The position numbers were made by a program, and so were the translations under genes. DNA of 64,000 nt from an uncultured delta proteobacterium. Its GTDB lineage: Bacteria > Desulfobacterota > Desulfuromonadia > Geobacterales > DSM-12255. Each line of letters starts with the position of its first letter. The stretch's first letter is position 1. Shown in pieces: positions 38,351 to 48,910 of the stretch. The stretch is taken from the NCBI GenBank assembly GCA_963787125.1, contig CAWBBV010000007.1, positions 96,001 to 160,000 of the forward strand, read 5' to 3'. The notes under the pieces are model-generated. The model was not told the origin of the DNA. It did no database searches and saw only the letters and a list, made by a program, of their open reading frames with translations.

Positions 38351-38944
38351 GATAACGAAAAAACACTCGATTCCTACCGATCTTTTCTGCTCTTGTCCGA
38401 GATTGTTGGTGAAGAGCCCCTTTCTCAGCGGGAAATCTCAAAGCGTCTCGGAATTGCAGTTGGGTTGGTTAATTCATACCTGAAAAATCTGATTGCCAAG
38501 GGGTACGTTAGGGTAAAAAATTTTCCGAGCAATCGTTATGCGTATCTGCTCACTCCTCAAGGGATAGCCGAAAAGAGCAGGTTGGCTTATCAGCATATTT
38601 CCTATTTTACAAATCTTTATACTCTGGCTCGTCAGGACTTTCTTGAGCTTTTCCGGACTCTTGAGGCCAGAGGTGTTCGCCAGGTTATATTTTGCGGAGT
38701 GGATGAAGTGGCAGAGATCGCTTATCTGTCACTGCGGGAAACGAAGATCGAATTAGCCGCTGTTTTTGATGACGTCGGCGCTGGAGAAAAGTTTTTCGGT
38801 ATAACGGTGCAGTCGCTGGCTTGCCTTGATAAATCCGAAACCATGCCTATTGTAATTAGCTCATTGAAAGGGCGTACTGAGCTGCATAATTCACTTTGCT
38901 GCCAAGGTACGATGCTGAATCGCATTTACTCAGTTTGCGGCTGA
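38345..38944 (+). CDS. Polysaccharide-locus-associated MarR-type winged-helix regulator with C-terminal Rossmann-like domain
   Basis: SQREISKRLGIAVGLVNSYLKNL..KG...YAYLLTPQGIAEKSRL. Confidence 0.85.
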   Translation: MNDNEKTLDSYRSFLLLSEIVGEEPLSQREISKRLGIAVGLVNSYLKNLIAKGYVRVKNFPSNRYAYLLTPQGIAEKSRLAYQHISYFTNLYTLARQDFLELFRTLEARGVRQVIFCGVDEVAEIAYLSLRETKIELAAVFDDVGAGEKFFGITVQSLACLDKSETMPIVISSLKGRTELHNSLCCQGTMLNRIYSVCG

Positions 38945-39042
38945 ATATAGCAAGCTTTTGACAAGTTATTGAAGCATAGATCAAGACTATGAAACAGCTA
39001 ACCAACTATTGGATGATTGTGAAAGGTGTTAATCGTTAACTT

Positions 39043-40017
39043 ATGACTAAAAAAGCATTGATCACCGGAATTGCCGGACAAGACGGATCCTATCTGGCGG
39101 AATTGCTGTTGGCTAAAGGCTACGAAGTCCATGGTATAGTCCGTCGTATCGCCATTGAAGATACCGAGCACAAGCTGAAGAACATCGGCCATCTGCTGGA
39201 CCGGATCACATTGCATGTTGCCTCTTTGGACAACGTCCTGTCGCTGATCAAGGTTGTGCGGACTGTGGCGCCGGATGAATGCTATCATCTGGCCGCTTCC
39301 AGTTTTGTCAGCTACTCTTTTGAGGACGAGATGTCAATCCTCAACAACAACATTAACACAACTCATTATCTGCTGGCCGCGCTCAAAGAGTTTGTTCCGG
39401 ATTGCCGTTTCTACTATGCCGGTACCAGTGAGATGTTTGGCGCTGTTGATTGCATACCGCAGGATGAACAGACCCCTTTCAACCCTCGTGCCATCTACGG
39501 TGTCTCCAAGGTTGCCGGCTACCACTTGGTAAAGAACTATCGGATTCAATACAAAATGTTCGCCTGCAGCGGGATTCTTTATAACCATGAGTCGCCGCGG
39601 CGCGGTTATGAGTTTGTTACTCGTAAAATCATCTCTACAGCGGTGAAAATAAAGTTGGGTCTGCGCCATGAACTGGCTCTTGGCAATCTGGATGCCCTTC
39701 GTGACTGGGGATATGCTCCTGACTACGTTAATGCCATGTGGCTGATGCTTCAGGCGGAACATCCGGATGATTATGTAGTGGCTACTGGCGAGACTCATAC
39801 AGTGCGTGAGTTTGTCGGGATGGCTTTTGCGGCGGTGGGTCTCGATTACCAGAAGTATGTGCGGGTCGATCCTAAATTTTATCGATCCACTGAATTGGTG
39901 CCGTTATGTGGTAATCCGGGTAAAATTATAGCCTGTCTGGGCTGGCAGCGGACCAGAACACTGCAGGAAATCATCAGCGAAATGGTGGCGGCGGAGATGG
40001 CAGCGCACGCACAATAA
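39043..40017 (+). CDS. gmd: GDP-mannose 4,6-dehydratase (somewhat divergent)
   Basis: ALITGIAGQDGSYLAE, TSEMFG, YGVSK, NHESPRRG.EFVTRKI, GNLDALRDWG. Confidence 0.88.
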   Translation: MTKKALITGIAGQDGSYLAELLLAKGYEVHGIVRRIAIEDTEHKLKNIGHLLDRITLHVASLDNVLSLIKVVRTVAPDECYHLAASSFVSYSFEDEMSILNNNINTTHYLLAALKEFVPDCRFYYAGTSEMFGAVDCIPQDEQTPFNPRAIYGVSKVAGYHLVKNYRIQYKMFACSGILYNHESPRRGYEFVTRKIISTAVKIKLGLRHELALGNLDALRDWGYAPDYVNAMWLMLQAEHPDDYVVATGETHTVREFVGMAFAAVGLDYQKYVRVDPKFYRSTELVPLCGNPGKIIACLGWQRTRTLQEIISEMVAAEMAAHAQ

Positions 40018-40077
40018 TGCGAGTGGCATTAAACAATACTATTGGGAAACGATTGCTTTGAATAAAGGAGTGGTGCA

Positions 40078-40845
40078 ATGAAAGTGGTCATTCTGGCGGG
40101 TGGTTTGGGGACAAGGTTAAGCGAAGAGACGACACTGCGACCTAAACCGATGGTTGAGATCGGCGGCAAGCCGATTCTCTGGCATATCATGAAGATCTAT
40201 TCCTATTACGGTTTCAATGATTTTGTTATCTGTCTCGGTTTCAAGGGGTACATGATCAAGGAGTACTTCTCCAACTACTTCCTCCACATGAGCGATGTCA
40301 CCTTTGACATGACGACTAACAGCATGGAAGTTCATCAGAAAAACGTTGAGCCGTGGCGGGTGACTCTGGTGGATACAGGCGCAGAGTCCATGACTGGTGG
40401 CCGCGTCAGGCGCGTGGCTCCCTATCTTGACGGTACTTTCATGCTTACCTATGGTGACGGGGTCGCCAATGTCAATATCCGTGAGCTGGTAGCTTTCCAC
40501 CAGCGACACGGGAAAGCTGCGACCGTTACCTCAACCCAGCCGTCGGGTCGTTTCGGGGCACTTAATATGAATGCTGACGGCCAGGTTGTTTCCTTCCAGG
40601 AAAAGCCGGCAGGGGACGGTTCATGGATAAATGGCGGGTTCTTCGTGCTTGAACCATCGGTACTTGATCTCATCAGTGCTGATAGTACGGTATTCGAGAA
40701 GGAACCGCTGGAGCGATTGGCGGGAGAGGGAGAACTGGTGGCCTACAAGCATAGCGGTTTTTGGCAACCGATGGATACCTTGCGGGACAAACAGCAGTTA
40801 GAGGACCTCTGGCTGAACGGCAAGGCGCCCTGGAAACTCTGGTGA
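40078..40845 (+). CDS. rfbF: Glucose-1-phosphate cytidylyltransferase
   Basis: [42 protein letters not shown]. Confidence 0.95.
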   Translation: MKVVILAGGLGTRLSEETTLRPKPMVEIGGKPILWHIMKIYSYYGFNDFVICLGFKGYMIKEYFSNYFLHMSDVTFDMTTNSMEVHQKNVEPWRVTLVDTGAESMTGGRVRRVAPYLDGTFMLTYGDGVANVNIRELVAFHQRHGKAATVTSTQPSGRFGALNMNADGQVVSFQEKPAGDGSWINGGFFVLEPSVLDLISADSTVFEKEPLERLAGEGELVAYKHSGFWQPMDTLRDKQQLEDLWLNGKAPWKLW

Positions 40846-40892
40846 ATCAAAGGATATGGCAGTGTCTATATTGATGGCGTGCACAAACTAAC

Positions 40893-42098
40893 ATGAACAT
40901 TCAAACGATGAAATCACTGGACTGGATTGTCGGAGTGCCGGTCTGTTTGTTTCTCGACCTGATTAACAAGGTGTCAACCCTTTTCCCGAGTCGTCCCATT
41001 CGACAACCGGAAAAAATCCTCATCATGAAGTATTTCGGCATGGGGAGCATCCTCCTGGCTTCGCCACTGCTCCGGGCATTGAGACAGCAGTATCCTGAGG
41101 CTACCATAGGGTTCCTGACGTTCGCTTCAAATCGTTCCATTGTAGAACGGTTGCAATTGGTCGACCGGATTTATCTGTTGCGGACGGACAGCCTGTTGCG
41201 GTTCGCCGGGGATGTATTACGGAATCTCTGGCTCATCCGACTCGAACATTATGATGTGACAATTGACATGGAATTCTTCGCCAAGTTTTCCACCATTATG
41301 ACTTACTTGTCGGGCAGTCCCAAGCGGATCGGCTATTTTCTACGCCAGCTGTGGCGTGGTGATCTTCTGACTGATCAGATTTACTATAATCACTTCAAGC
41401 ATATTACCGAGATATTTGCAGCACTGGTGGTGCCGCTTGGAGTGGTCGTGACAGATTACTCTCTGACCCCTCCCGTCATAACGTCGGCCGAAGCTGAAGC
41501 AGCTGAAAAGGTCCTGTCTGCTCATGGCATCGGCGCCGATATGCCACTGATAGCATTCAATGTAAATGCCAGCGATCTCTCCTTTGAACGGCGCTGGCCA
41601 AAGGAGAAATTCAGGGAACTGGCTCTGGCGCTGCTGGACGAGGTGAAAGCCTCATTGCTGTTTGTAGGCGGGGGAGATGAGGCTGACTATGTTGTAGAGG
41701 TGGTTGCAGGTATTCCGGCTCATTCACGCATCTTTAATCTGGCGGGTAAGACGTCGTTGGGGGAATTGCTTGCCATTATTCAGCGCTGTGACCTGTTCAT
41801 TTCCAACGACAGTGGTCCGCTCCACCTTGCTGCCGCATTTCAAGTGCCGACTGTCTCTTTTTTCGGCCCGGAAAGCCCTAGTCTTTATGGACCGAAAGGC
41901 GGGGATGCGCTGGTTTTTTACGAAGACATCTACTGCAGCCCCTGTCTCAACGTCTATAACGTGAAAACGGCCCCCTGTGATGGTGAAAACATCTGTATGC
42001 GCTCTATTGAGCCGGCGACGGTTCTGCAGGCCATACGCGAAAGACATGCACAGTTGTGGAAGAATAGTGGGAGCAGTGGAGTACCGGGGAATCCTTAG
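40893..42098 (+). CDS. GT9 family (heptosyltransferase-like) glycosyltransferase
   Basis: GMGSILL, RRWP, NLAGKTSL, SNDSGPLHLAAA, FFGP, CSPC. Confidence 0.85.
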   Translation: MNIQTMKSLDWIVGVPVCLFLDLINKVSTLFPSRPIRQPEKILIMKYFGMGSILLASPLLRALRQQYPEATIGFLTFASNRSIVERLQLVDRIYLLRTDSLLRFAGDVLRNLWLIRLEHYDVTIDMEFFAKFSTIMTYLSGSPKRIGYFLRQLWRGDLLTDQIYYNHFKHITEIFAALVVPLGVVVTDYSLTPPVITSAEAEAAEKVLSAHGIGADMPLIAFNVNASDLSFERRWPKEKFRELALALLDEVKASLLFVGGGDEADYVVEVVAGIPAHSRIFNLAGKTSLGELLAIIQRCDLFISNDSGPLHLAAAFQVPTVSFFGPESPSLYGPKGGDALVFYEDIYCSPCLNVYNVKTAPCDGENICMRSIEPATVLQAIRERHAQLWKNSGSSGVPGNP

Positions 42099-42285
42099 CG
42101 ACGCCGGTCTTTAGTAACAAGGTCCTTCATAACCAAATAGTTTATTGCCGCATGGCAGACTAGTGACGTAACTTGCAAAAAGGTATCAAAGCACGAAACA
42201 ATTACTGGCGACACTAAAAGCAGAATTAATTTATGCCTGCACTTCTATGCTGAGGCAATAGGCTTTTTACAGTTGCGGAGCAAGT

Positions 42286-45200
42286 ATGAGTGGTATGGAA
42301 ATAACAACCACCGGTCTGGAGCAACAGCCCAAAAGTGGATGTAGTCGCCGCGGAGAGCGGCTTACGCTTGCATTCCATCTAAGCATGGTTTTGCCTGCTG
42401 CCGCAGCCTCGTTTTTGTTGACTTGGGCACTGCAACCTTTCATTGATATCCCGCAGAAATACTCAGACTTCATCGTCGGTAATCTTGCCTGGACCGGAAC
42501 GTCTAAAACGACGGATTTTTGTCTTCTCTGGGTATATCTCCTTTTATTCTCAGCTTGTTACGCTGTAATAGCTGGCCTCGCCAGCCGTGTCATCCGCCGA
42601 TTGCCTGCTCATCTGGTTTTCCGTGCTGTCCGTCTGTATTTTGCAGCTTCTTTCCCGGTTTTAGTCTGGCTGCTCGGCTATTTTTACCGGCCGGCGCCAT
42701 CCATGCTCCTCCTGGTATGCTCTTGTCTCTCTATCGTGATTGTTATTTGTCTCCAACTCCGCTTCAGCAATGATTCTGAAGTTAAGACCACTGTTTGTTA
42801 CAATGTTCTGGAAGGGTATGGGGTTCTGCTGGTCGGAAGTATTGCCCTTGCGCAACTGATTGTGCTGATTGCTGCCTGTTGTAAGCCCCTTGCCGCGGTT
42901 TTACCCCCCTTGCTGCCGTTTATTGCCGGAATGGCAGGGGGGCTGCCCCTGTTAGCCCTGGCGCTTGTCCCGATTATGCCGTCACTGCGCGATCTTCTGA
43001 TTCGGTTGGCTGCGGTTCGTATCCAGAAGAGATCGGCCGTTAGGCAGGTAGCAATGACTTTGCCGGCGGTGGCGATTGGCGCGGCAGTCGCGGAAATAAC
43101 TTGGCGTTTCCTGGACGTTGCTCGTCTGGGTGGTTCGGTAGTTATCCGCATGCTGGTTGACGGGGTTATTGCCCCGGGCTTCACCTTTGTGATTTGTGGC
43201 GTATCGGTTGTCGCTGCAGGAGCAACTTACTTTGGTTGCCGACTGATGACCGTCAAGTTCGAACGCGCCGGAGTCCGGGTCAGGGCGCTGCACCTGGCGT
43301 TTAGTTGGGCGTCGATTCCCGCAATTGCCTGGATACTTGGGAGTTTTTTGACTCCGGTCATGTCGCCGCTCTTTTTATTTGTCTCAATCATTTCCCTTTT
43401 GTTGATCGGGCTTATGGCCCGGTTTGGTCTGGAACAGGACAACTCTGCTGATTGGCTGCCGATACTGGTGGGGTGGCACCTGTTTGTTTCGCTTGCTCTG
43501 CTTGATCTGCTTGGATTGGGGACGGCATTGACCAGGATTTTCCCCACAACAACCAGAATCTGGCATGATCAGTTGCCGATGGTTTGTGTTGCCGTCTTGG
43601 CCGGACTATTGGTAACGGTTGGCTTGATGACCAGACAACCGCACTCCGCGAAGGCCTTGAGCAGGTGGTTGTTTTGCGCGCTGCTGCTGCTGCAGGGGCC
43701 ATTGCCGCTGCTTGGCATGGTCCTGGTTCCTCCGGCCTGGTCAATCGGCGCGAACAGTATGTCCAGGCCGTTTGGTGTTACGATACTTCTTACGGTTCTG
43801 TTGGGTTTCGCAGGGATTGTCTCTTTGCTTCCTCTTTGGCGCAACTACCGGCAGATTACCGCAACTGCCGTGCCGGCCCCGATTGCAGCGCTCAAAGCTG
43901 GCAGTCTACTGTTTGTCCTGCTTTTCCTCAGCCGCCAGACCTTTATCGGGACTAATCTGCCGACCGATGATTATCATTTCGGAGAGGTTCTTGCCCCATG
44001 GTTCCAGTATATCCGTTTCGGCAAAATTCCTTATATTGACATCTATCCCACCCACGGCCTTTATGAATTTCTGAACGGCTGGTTTTCCCAACTGTTCTTT
44101 GACGGCTCTCCTCTGGCTGTCGAAGCGTGTTACAACCTGGTGTATGGCGCCGTTATGGTCGGGGTATATCTGCTGGCCAGCCGGCTCATCGGAACTATTG
44201 AGGCACTGCTGGTGCTGATCTGTTTCCCGATTCCTCAACAGGAGTGGCGTGTACTCTTTCCCGTGTTATTTTTCCTGCTACTTGCCCAGCAGCGACTGCT
44301 GCGCTCCCCACTTGCCTGGCTGATGGTCTGGTTCGTGAGTTCATTTGTCTTTGCTCTGACGACCGTCAATTTGCCCGCTGCAATTCTAGCGGCACTGCCA
44401 ATTGTCTTCGTAATGTTGGTCCGTGCTTATCGGCAGAATGCAATGCTTTTCTTGAAAACAGTTGGCTGTTCGCTTGTCGCCGTTGCTGTCATTATGCTGG
44501 CAACTCCTGTTGGAAAAGTGGTCATGGGATACATCGCTTTCCTGCTGGAGAACGCCCGACATGTTGTAGTATCAGGTGGAACAACATGGATGTACGTGTT
44601 TGGCAAAATGGATCTACCTAATCTGCGCCTTTCCGGGCAGGCGTTTGAACTCCTCAGACTGTCTTGGGTTATAGCCTTGCTGTTTGGTGTGCCGTTCCTT
44701 CTACAGGCCCTGAGGCGTCTGAGACGGGGGGAGGGGGTCCACAGTACTGCTTGTCTGGTCTGCTGCTGGATTGCCAATACATTCTTGATGGTGTCTTATA
44801 CGCTGAACCGGATTGATGTGGGTGCGCTGTCACGGACCGGGTACTTTTCGCTGCTTACCCTGAGTCTGATTGCTCCGCTGGTGCTGCTGAGCGGTCATAT
44901 CCGTGTTCGCCATCGGGTGTTGTTGCCTCTCATGCTTTTTCTGGCCGTGATTGGCGGTGTCTTCGGCGAAACTTTGGCCGTTGCAAGAATCCGGGACAAT
45001 GTGGCGGCTATCGTGCCAATAACAGAGGAGAAGATGCGTAGCTTGAACCGGGTACGGCAGGTACTGCCGGGTGTCGGATCGGCTGTGATTGAAGATGGGC
45101 GACTGATTGACATGCTGAATTTGAAGCAGTCCCTAACGACCCTGCTCAGACCGGGGGAGACTTATGCGGATTTGCTGAACCGGCCGGCTTTGTATAGCTA

Positions 45201-46020
45201 CCTTGACCAGGAGCTCGCTTTTTTCAACTCCAGCATCTATTCCATGGGATCGACTGAGATGCAGTTGCTGGAAGTCAAGGCGCTCAGGGAGAAAAAAATA
45301 CCGCTGATCCTTGCCGATGACAACTATAAAAATATCAAGATTGACAGATCACCGGCATCGCTGCGTGCGTACTACATTTACCGCTATGTCGTGCTTAATT
45401 ACCGACCGATGATGTCAAAAGGTTCGATGTTTATGGTGTTACCTGAAAGGCTTCCGGAAGCGGCGGTCCTTGGGCGGGATACGGAGTTGGATCTGCTTGA
45501 TAATGCTTTTGCCGTGCCGTTTATGAGGAAAATACCGACCTCCTGGGGTCGCTCTCTGACTACACTCAAGCCGCGTCTGGTAAAAGTTGCCGATATAGAC
45601 CAAACTCTTCTGGCGGGCACACAGAATCTGACAATAAATCCAAAGGGCGGGTTCTTGACGTCAAGTTTGATTCCTTCTCTGGATTACGACATATCTTCTC
45701 TTGGCCTAAGTGGCAGGAAAGCAGGAATGCTAGCTTTTAACGTACACTGTTTGTCGTCGGACCAGAATGATGGCGTGCCTGTAGCTGTCTCCTGGGCAAC
45801 TGCCGACATGTCCCAGCCAAATGACAAGACAATGGTGACATTTATCGCTGACGCGAATGGCACTGTTCTAGTCCCTATGGATGTCAACCCCAGGTGGCTT
45901 CTTGCCGACCATCTCAGCAGGCTTCGAATCCAGGTTGAGCCTGCCGTATGCAGCTCAATAAATATCTCTGATATAAAGATATACCAGCGGCGCAAACTTT
46001 TTGAGCCGGAATGGCAATAA
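42286..46020 (+). CDS. Large polytopic membrane protein, probable GT-C fold enzyme with a duplicated N-terminal membrane module
   Basis: Many TM helices; loop motif DDYHFGE...PYIDIYPTHG; soluble C-terminal region; no confident family name. Confidence 0.6.
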   Translation: MSGMEITTTGLEQQPKSGCSRRGERLTLAFHLSMVLPAAAASFLLTWALQPFIDIPQKYSDFIVGNLAWTGTSKTTDFCLLWVYLLLFSACYAVIAGLASRVIRRLPAHLVFRAVRLYFAASFPVLVWLLGYFYRPAPSMLLLVCSCLSIVIVICLQLRFSNDSEVKTTVCYNVLEGYGVLLVGSIALAQLIVLIAACCKPLAAVLPPLLPFIAGMAGGLPLLALALVPIMPSLRDLLIRLAAVRIQKRSAVRQVAMTLPAVAIGAAVAEITWRFLDVARLGGSVVIRMLVDGVIAPGFTFVICGVSVVAAGATYFGCRLMTVKFERAGVRVRALHLAFSWASIPAIAWILGSFLTPVMSPLFLFVSIISLLLIGLMARFGLEQDNSADWLPILVGWHLFVSLALLDLLGLGTALTRIFPTTTRIWHDQLPMVCVAVLAGLLVTVGLMTRQPHSAKALSRWLFCALLLLQGPLPLLGMVLVPPAWSIGANSMSRPFGVTILLTVLLGFAGIVSLLPLWRNYRQITATAVPAPIAALKAGSLLFVLLFLSRQTFIGTNLPTDDYHFGEVLAPWFQYIRFGKIPYIDIYPTHGLYEFLNGWFSQLFFDGSPLAVEACYNLVYGAVMVGVYLLASRLIGTIEALLVLICFPIPQQEWRVLFPVLFFLLLAQQRLLRSPLAWLMVWFVSSFVFALTTVNLPAAILAALPIVFVMLVRAYRQNAMLFLKTVGCSLVAVAVIMLATPVGKVVMGYIAFLLENARHVVVSGGTTWMYVFGKMDLPNLRLSGQAFELLRLSWVIALLFGVPFLLQALRRLRRGEGVHSTACLVCCWIANTFLMVSYTLNRIDVGALSRTGYFSLLTLSLIAPLVLLSGHIRVRHRVLLPLMLFLAVIGGVFGETLAVARIRDNVAAIVPITEEKMRSLNRVRQVLPGVGSAVIEDGRLIDMLNLKQSLTTLLRPGETYADLLNRPALYSYLDQELAFFNSSIYSMGSTEMQLLEVKALREKKIPLILADDNYKNIKIDRSPASLRAYYIYRYVVLNYRPMMSKGSMFMVLPERLPEAAVLGRDTELDLLDNAFAVPFMRKIPTSWGRSLTTLKPRLVKVADIDQTLLAGTQNLTINPKGGFLTSSLIPSLDYDISSLGLSGRKAGMLAFNVHCLSSDQNDGVPVAVSWATADMSQPNDKTMVTFIADANGTVLVPMDVNPRWLLADHLSRLRIQVEPAVCSSINISDIKIYQRRKLFEPEWQ

Positions 46021-46077
46021 CAAAGACAGGGCTGAGTTCAATCAAATGGCTGTCGGCGGAAATTTGGGAGAAGAGTA

Positions 46078-47154
46078 ATGTCGAGTCAATTTTGGCAGGG
46101 GAAGCGGGTTTTTCTGACCGGACATACCGGATTCAAAGGAAGTTGGCTCTGTCTCTGGTTGCGCAGCATGGGCGCCCAGGTTACCGGTTATGCCCTGGAA
46201 CCACCCACTGAGCCGAGTATCTTTGCGCTGGCGAGAGTCGGCGAAATTGTACATTCGATCATCGCCGATGTGCGTGATCTGGAACGACTGAAAACGGAGA
46301 TGCTGCTTGCCGCTCCCGAGATTGTCATCCATATGGCGGCCCAGCCATTGGTCCGCGATTCCTATAAGCTTCCGGTGGAAACCTATGCGATCAATGTGAT
46401 GGGAACCGTCCATCTGCTGGAAGCGGTACGATCTTGCCCGACTGTGAGAGCCGTGGTAAACGTGACCACAGATAAGGTTTATGAAAACCGTGAATGGCAC
46501 TGGGGGTACCGGGAGAATGAGCCGATGGGAGGGTATGATCCCTACTCCAACAGCAAAGGGTGCTCGGAGCTGGTGACTGCCGCCTATCGCAGTTCCTACT
46601 TTAATCCTCTTGAGTATGACCGGCATGGTGTTGCTGTTGCCACGGCCCGGGCAGGTAATGTCATCGGCGGCGGGGATTGGGCCAATGACCGTCTTATCCC
46701 CGATATAATCAGGGCTATCCTGGCAGGAGAGCCGGTACAGGTCCGCAATCCGCATGCCGTTCGTCCCTGGCAGCATGTTCTCGAACCGCTTTCCGGTTAT
46801 CTGCTGCTGGCTGAGCGCCTCTACGAGGATGGTGTCGCATTTGCCTCCGGCTGGAACTTTGGTTCGCCGGAAGAGGATGCCCGCCCGGTGCAGTGGCTGG
46901 TGGAGCGACTCTGTGCCATCTGGGGAAGTGGAGCATCCTGGCAGCTTGATGATGGAGAGCACCCCCATGAGGCCCATTACCTCAAACTCGATTGCAGTAA
47001 AGCCCATGCTGAACTGGGATGGTGGCCCCGGTGGGGGCTGGAGAAGGCTCTGGAGAGCATTGCCGCCTGGACCAAGGTCTATAAGTCAGGCGGTGATCTC
47101 AGGCAGATATGTGAGGAACAGATTATGAATTTTCAACGTTACGAGGTGAAATAA
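46078..47154 (+). CDS. rfbG: CDP-glucose 4,6-dehydratase
   Basis: FWQGKRVFLTGHTGFKGSWL, AAQPLVR, TTDKVY, DPYSNSK, RAGNVIGGGDW, RPWQHVLEPL. Confidence 0.95.
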   Translation: MSSQFWQGKRVFLTGHTGFKGSWLCLWLRSMGAQVTGYALEPPTEPSIFALARVGEIVHSIIADVRDLERLKTEMLLAAPEIVIHMAAQPLVRDSYKLPVETYAINVMGTVHLLEAVRSCPTVRAVVNVTTDKVYENREWHWGYRENEPMGGYDPYSNSKGCSELVTAAYRSSYFNPLEYDRHGVAVATARAGNVIGGGDWANDRLIPDIIRAILAGEPVQVRNPHAVRPWQHVLEPLSGYLLLAERLYEDGVAFASGWNFGSPEEDARPVQWLVERLCAIWGSGASWQLDDGEHPHEAHYLKLDCSKAHAELGWWPRWGLEKALESIAAWTKVYKSGGDLRQICEEQIMNFQRYEVK

Positions 47155-48374
47155 TGAATTGCCGGTTTTGTGGTAAAGAAGAAATATTCAAGTTTCTGGA
47201 TCTTGGAACGATGGCGTTGGCCAACAGTTTCCTGACCGCAGAAGAACTCAGCTCCATTGCCGAACCAGAATGTCCTCTGGATGTTTTCTTCTGTGAAGTG
47301 TGCGGTTTGGTGCAGATTGGCCATGTGGTCTCCCCGGATGCACTTTTCAAGGATTACATATATTTTTCCGCAACCTCGGACCTGGTTCATCGGCATGCTG
47401 CTTATCTTGCCGAGAGCTTTCAGCGGCGTTTCAATCTTTCGCCGGAATCTTTGGTAGTAGAGATAGCCAGTAATGACGGTACCGTTCTCTCCTACTTTAA
47501 AAAGACCGGGGTCAATGTACTTGGAGTCGAGCCGGCGAGCAACATTGCCGCCGTTGCCACTGAATCAGGTATCACTACGGTCAATGAATTCTTTCACGCT
47601 GATTCGGCTGCGGCTCTAAAACAACAGTACGGGGCCGCGGATGTGATTCTTGCGCGTCACGTATTTGCACATGTTCCGGAGATTCATAGTTTCGTCAAGG
47701 GACTCAGGGACTTACTGGCGTCTGGTGGCGCAGTAGCCATCGAGGCTCCGTACCTGATCGACTTTGTAGAGAAAAACGAGTTTGACACGGTCTACCATGA
47801 GCACTATTCCTATCTCTCAGTGCGGGCAATGGTGCACCTTTTCGCCAAATACGGCATGGAAGTTTTCGATGTTGAACAAGTGGCAATCCATGGCGGCTCT
47901 ATCATCTATTTCATCGGCCATGCCGGAGCTCACCCGGTTGCCGGCAATGTGCAGACACTGATTGACGCGGAGCTTGCCAAAGGGTTAGGCGAAAAGGAGA
48001 CGTACGTCGCTTTTGCAGAACGAACCGCACGGATCAAGGCAGAAACTTTGATCCTGCTGCGAGACCTTAAATCACAGGGGAAGCGGATTGCTGCCTACGG
48101 CGCCCCTGCCAAGGGGAATACTTTTCTTAATTACTGCGGCATTGGCACTGATCTGGTTGAATATACGGTGGATAAGAGCCCTTACAAACAATGCCTTTAT
48201 ACGCCGGGTATGCATCTGCCCGTGTATCACCCCGATAAACTGGCTCAGGACATGCCGGATTTTGTACTGCTGCTGGCATGGAACTTTGCTGAAGAAATTA
48301 TTGAGCAGCAGCGGGAATACCTGGATAAAGGCGGAAAGTTCATTCAGGCGATCCCGGAAGTCAGAATTCTGTGA
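47154..48374 (+). CDS. NDP-hexose C-methyltransferase (zinc-binding, SAM-dependent)
   Basis: CRFC...CEVC zinc site; EIASNDG; FDTVYHEHYSY; HGGS; YGAPAKG; LLAWNF. Confidence 0.88.
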   Translation: MNCRFCGKEEIFKFLDLGTMALANSFLTAEELSSIAEPECPLDVFFCEVCGLVQIGHVVSPDALFKDYIYFSATSDLVHRHAAYLAESFQRRFNLSPESLVVEIASNDGTVLSYFKKTGVNVLGVEPASNIAAVATESGITTVNEFFHADSAAALKQQYGAADVILARHVFAHVPEIHSFVKGLRDLLASGGAVAIEAPYLIDFVEKNEFDTVYHEHYSYLSVRAMVHLFAKYGMEVFDVEQVAIHGGSIIYFIGHAGAHPVAGNVQTLIDAELAKGLGEKETYVAFAERTARIKAETLILLRDLKSQGKRIAAYGAPAKGNTFLNYCGIGTDLVEYTVDKSPYKQCLYTPGMHLPVYHPDKLAQDMPDFVLLLAWNFAEEIIEQQREYLDKGGKFIQAIPEVRIL

Positions 48375-48910
48375 TCTTTAGCGAAACGGCTCTTGCCGGT
48401 GCATTTCTGATTGAGCTTGATCGCCGTAAGGATGAACGGGGGTATTTTGCCCGGTCGTTCTGTGTGCAGGAGTTTGCGGACCACGGGCTGCCGACAGGGG
48501 TTCTCCAGTGCAATGTTTCGTTCAATCTGACCCGAGGGACTCTTCGAGGAATGCACTTTCAGAGGACACCGCTGGCGGAAGCAAAGCTGGTGAGATGTAC
48601 CCGGGGGGCGATCTATGACGTTATCGTTGATTTGCGGCAAGAATCCTCCACCTATTGCCGCTGGTATGGTGTCGAATTGACGGAAGAGAACGGTTCGGCG
48701 CTCTTTATCCCCGAAGGTTTTGCCCACGGTTTCCAGACTCTTGCGGACAGCAGTGAGGTGTTTTACCAGATGTTCACCGGCTACTCTGCCGAACATGCTG
48801 ACGGTGTTCGCTGGAATGATCCGGCTTTCGGTATCTCCTGGCCATTGCCGGTGGGTACTATTGCAGAGAAAGACCGCTCATTTGCTTTGCTGCACGATAG
48901 GGGGCGCTAA
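48371..48910 (+). CDS. rfbC: NDP-4-keto-6-deoxyhexose 3,5-epimerase (RmlC family)
   Basis: DERGYFAR, GTLRGMHFQ, KLVRC.RG, IPEGFAHGFQ, WNDP. Confidence 0.9.
   Translation: MIFSETALAGAFLIELDRRKDERGYFARSFCVQEFADHGLPTGVLQCNVSFNLTRGTLRGMHFQRTPLAEAKLVRCTRGAIYDVIVDLRQESSTYCRWYGVELTEENGSALFIPEGFAHGFQTLADSSEVFYQMFTGYSAEHADGVRWNDPAFGISWPLPVGTIAEKDRSFALLHDRGR

Noticed and set aside
40606..40618. 13-nt match (CCGGCAGGGGACG) to the tRNA-Glu 3' end, a possible att site
   Set aside because: It is in the opposite orientation, inside rfbF coding sequence, and no integrase is present; chance is sufficient.
46042..47007. 321-aa antisense ORF, and similar long shadow ORFs (4552-5232, 12946-13659, 15953-16660, 55243-55965)
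   Set aside because: They lie opposite well-supported genes, show no recognisable motifs, and are expected from codon bias.
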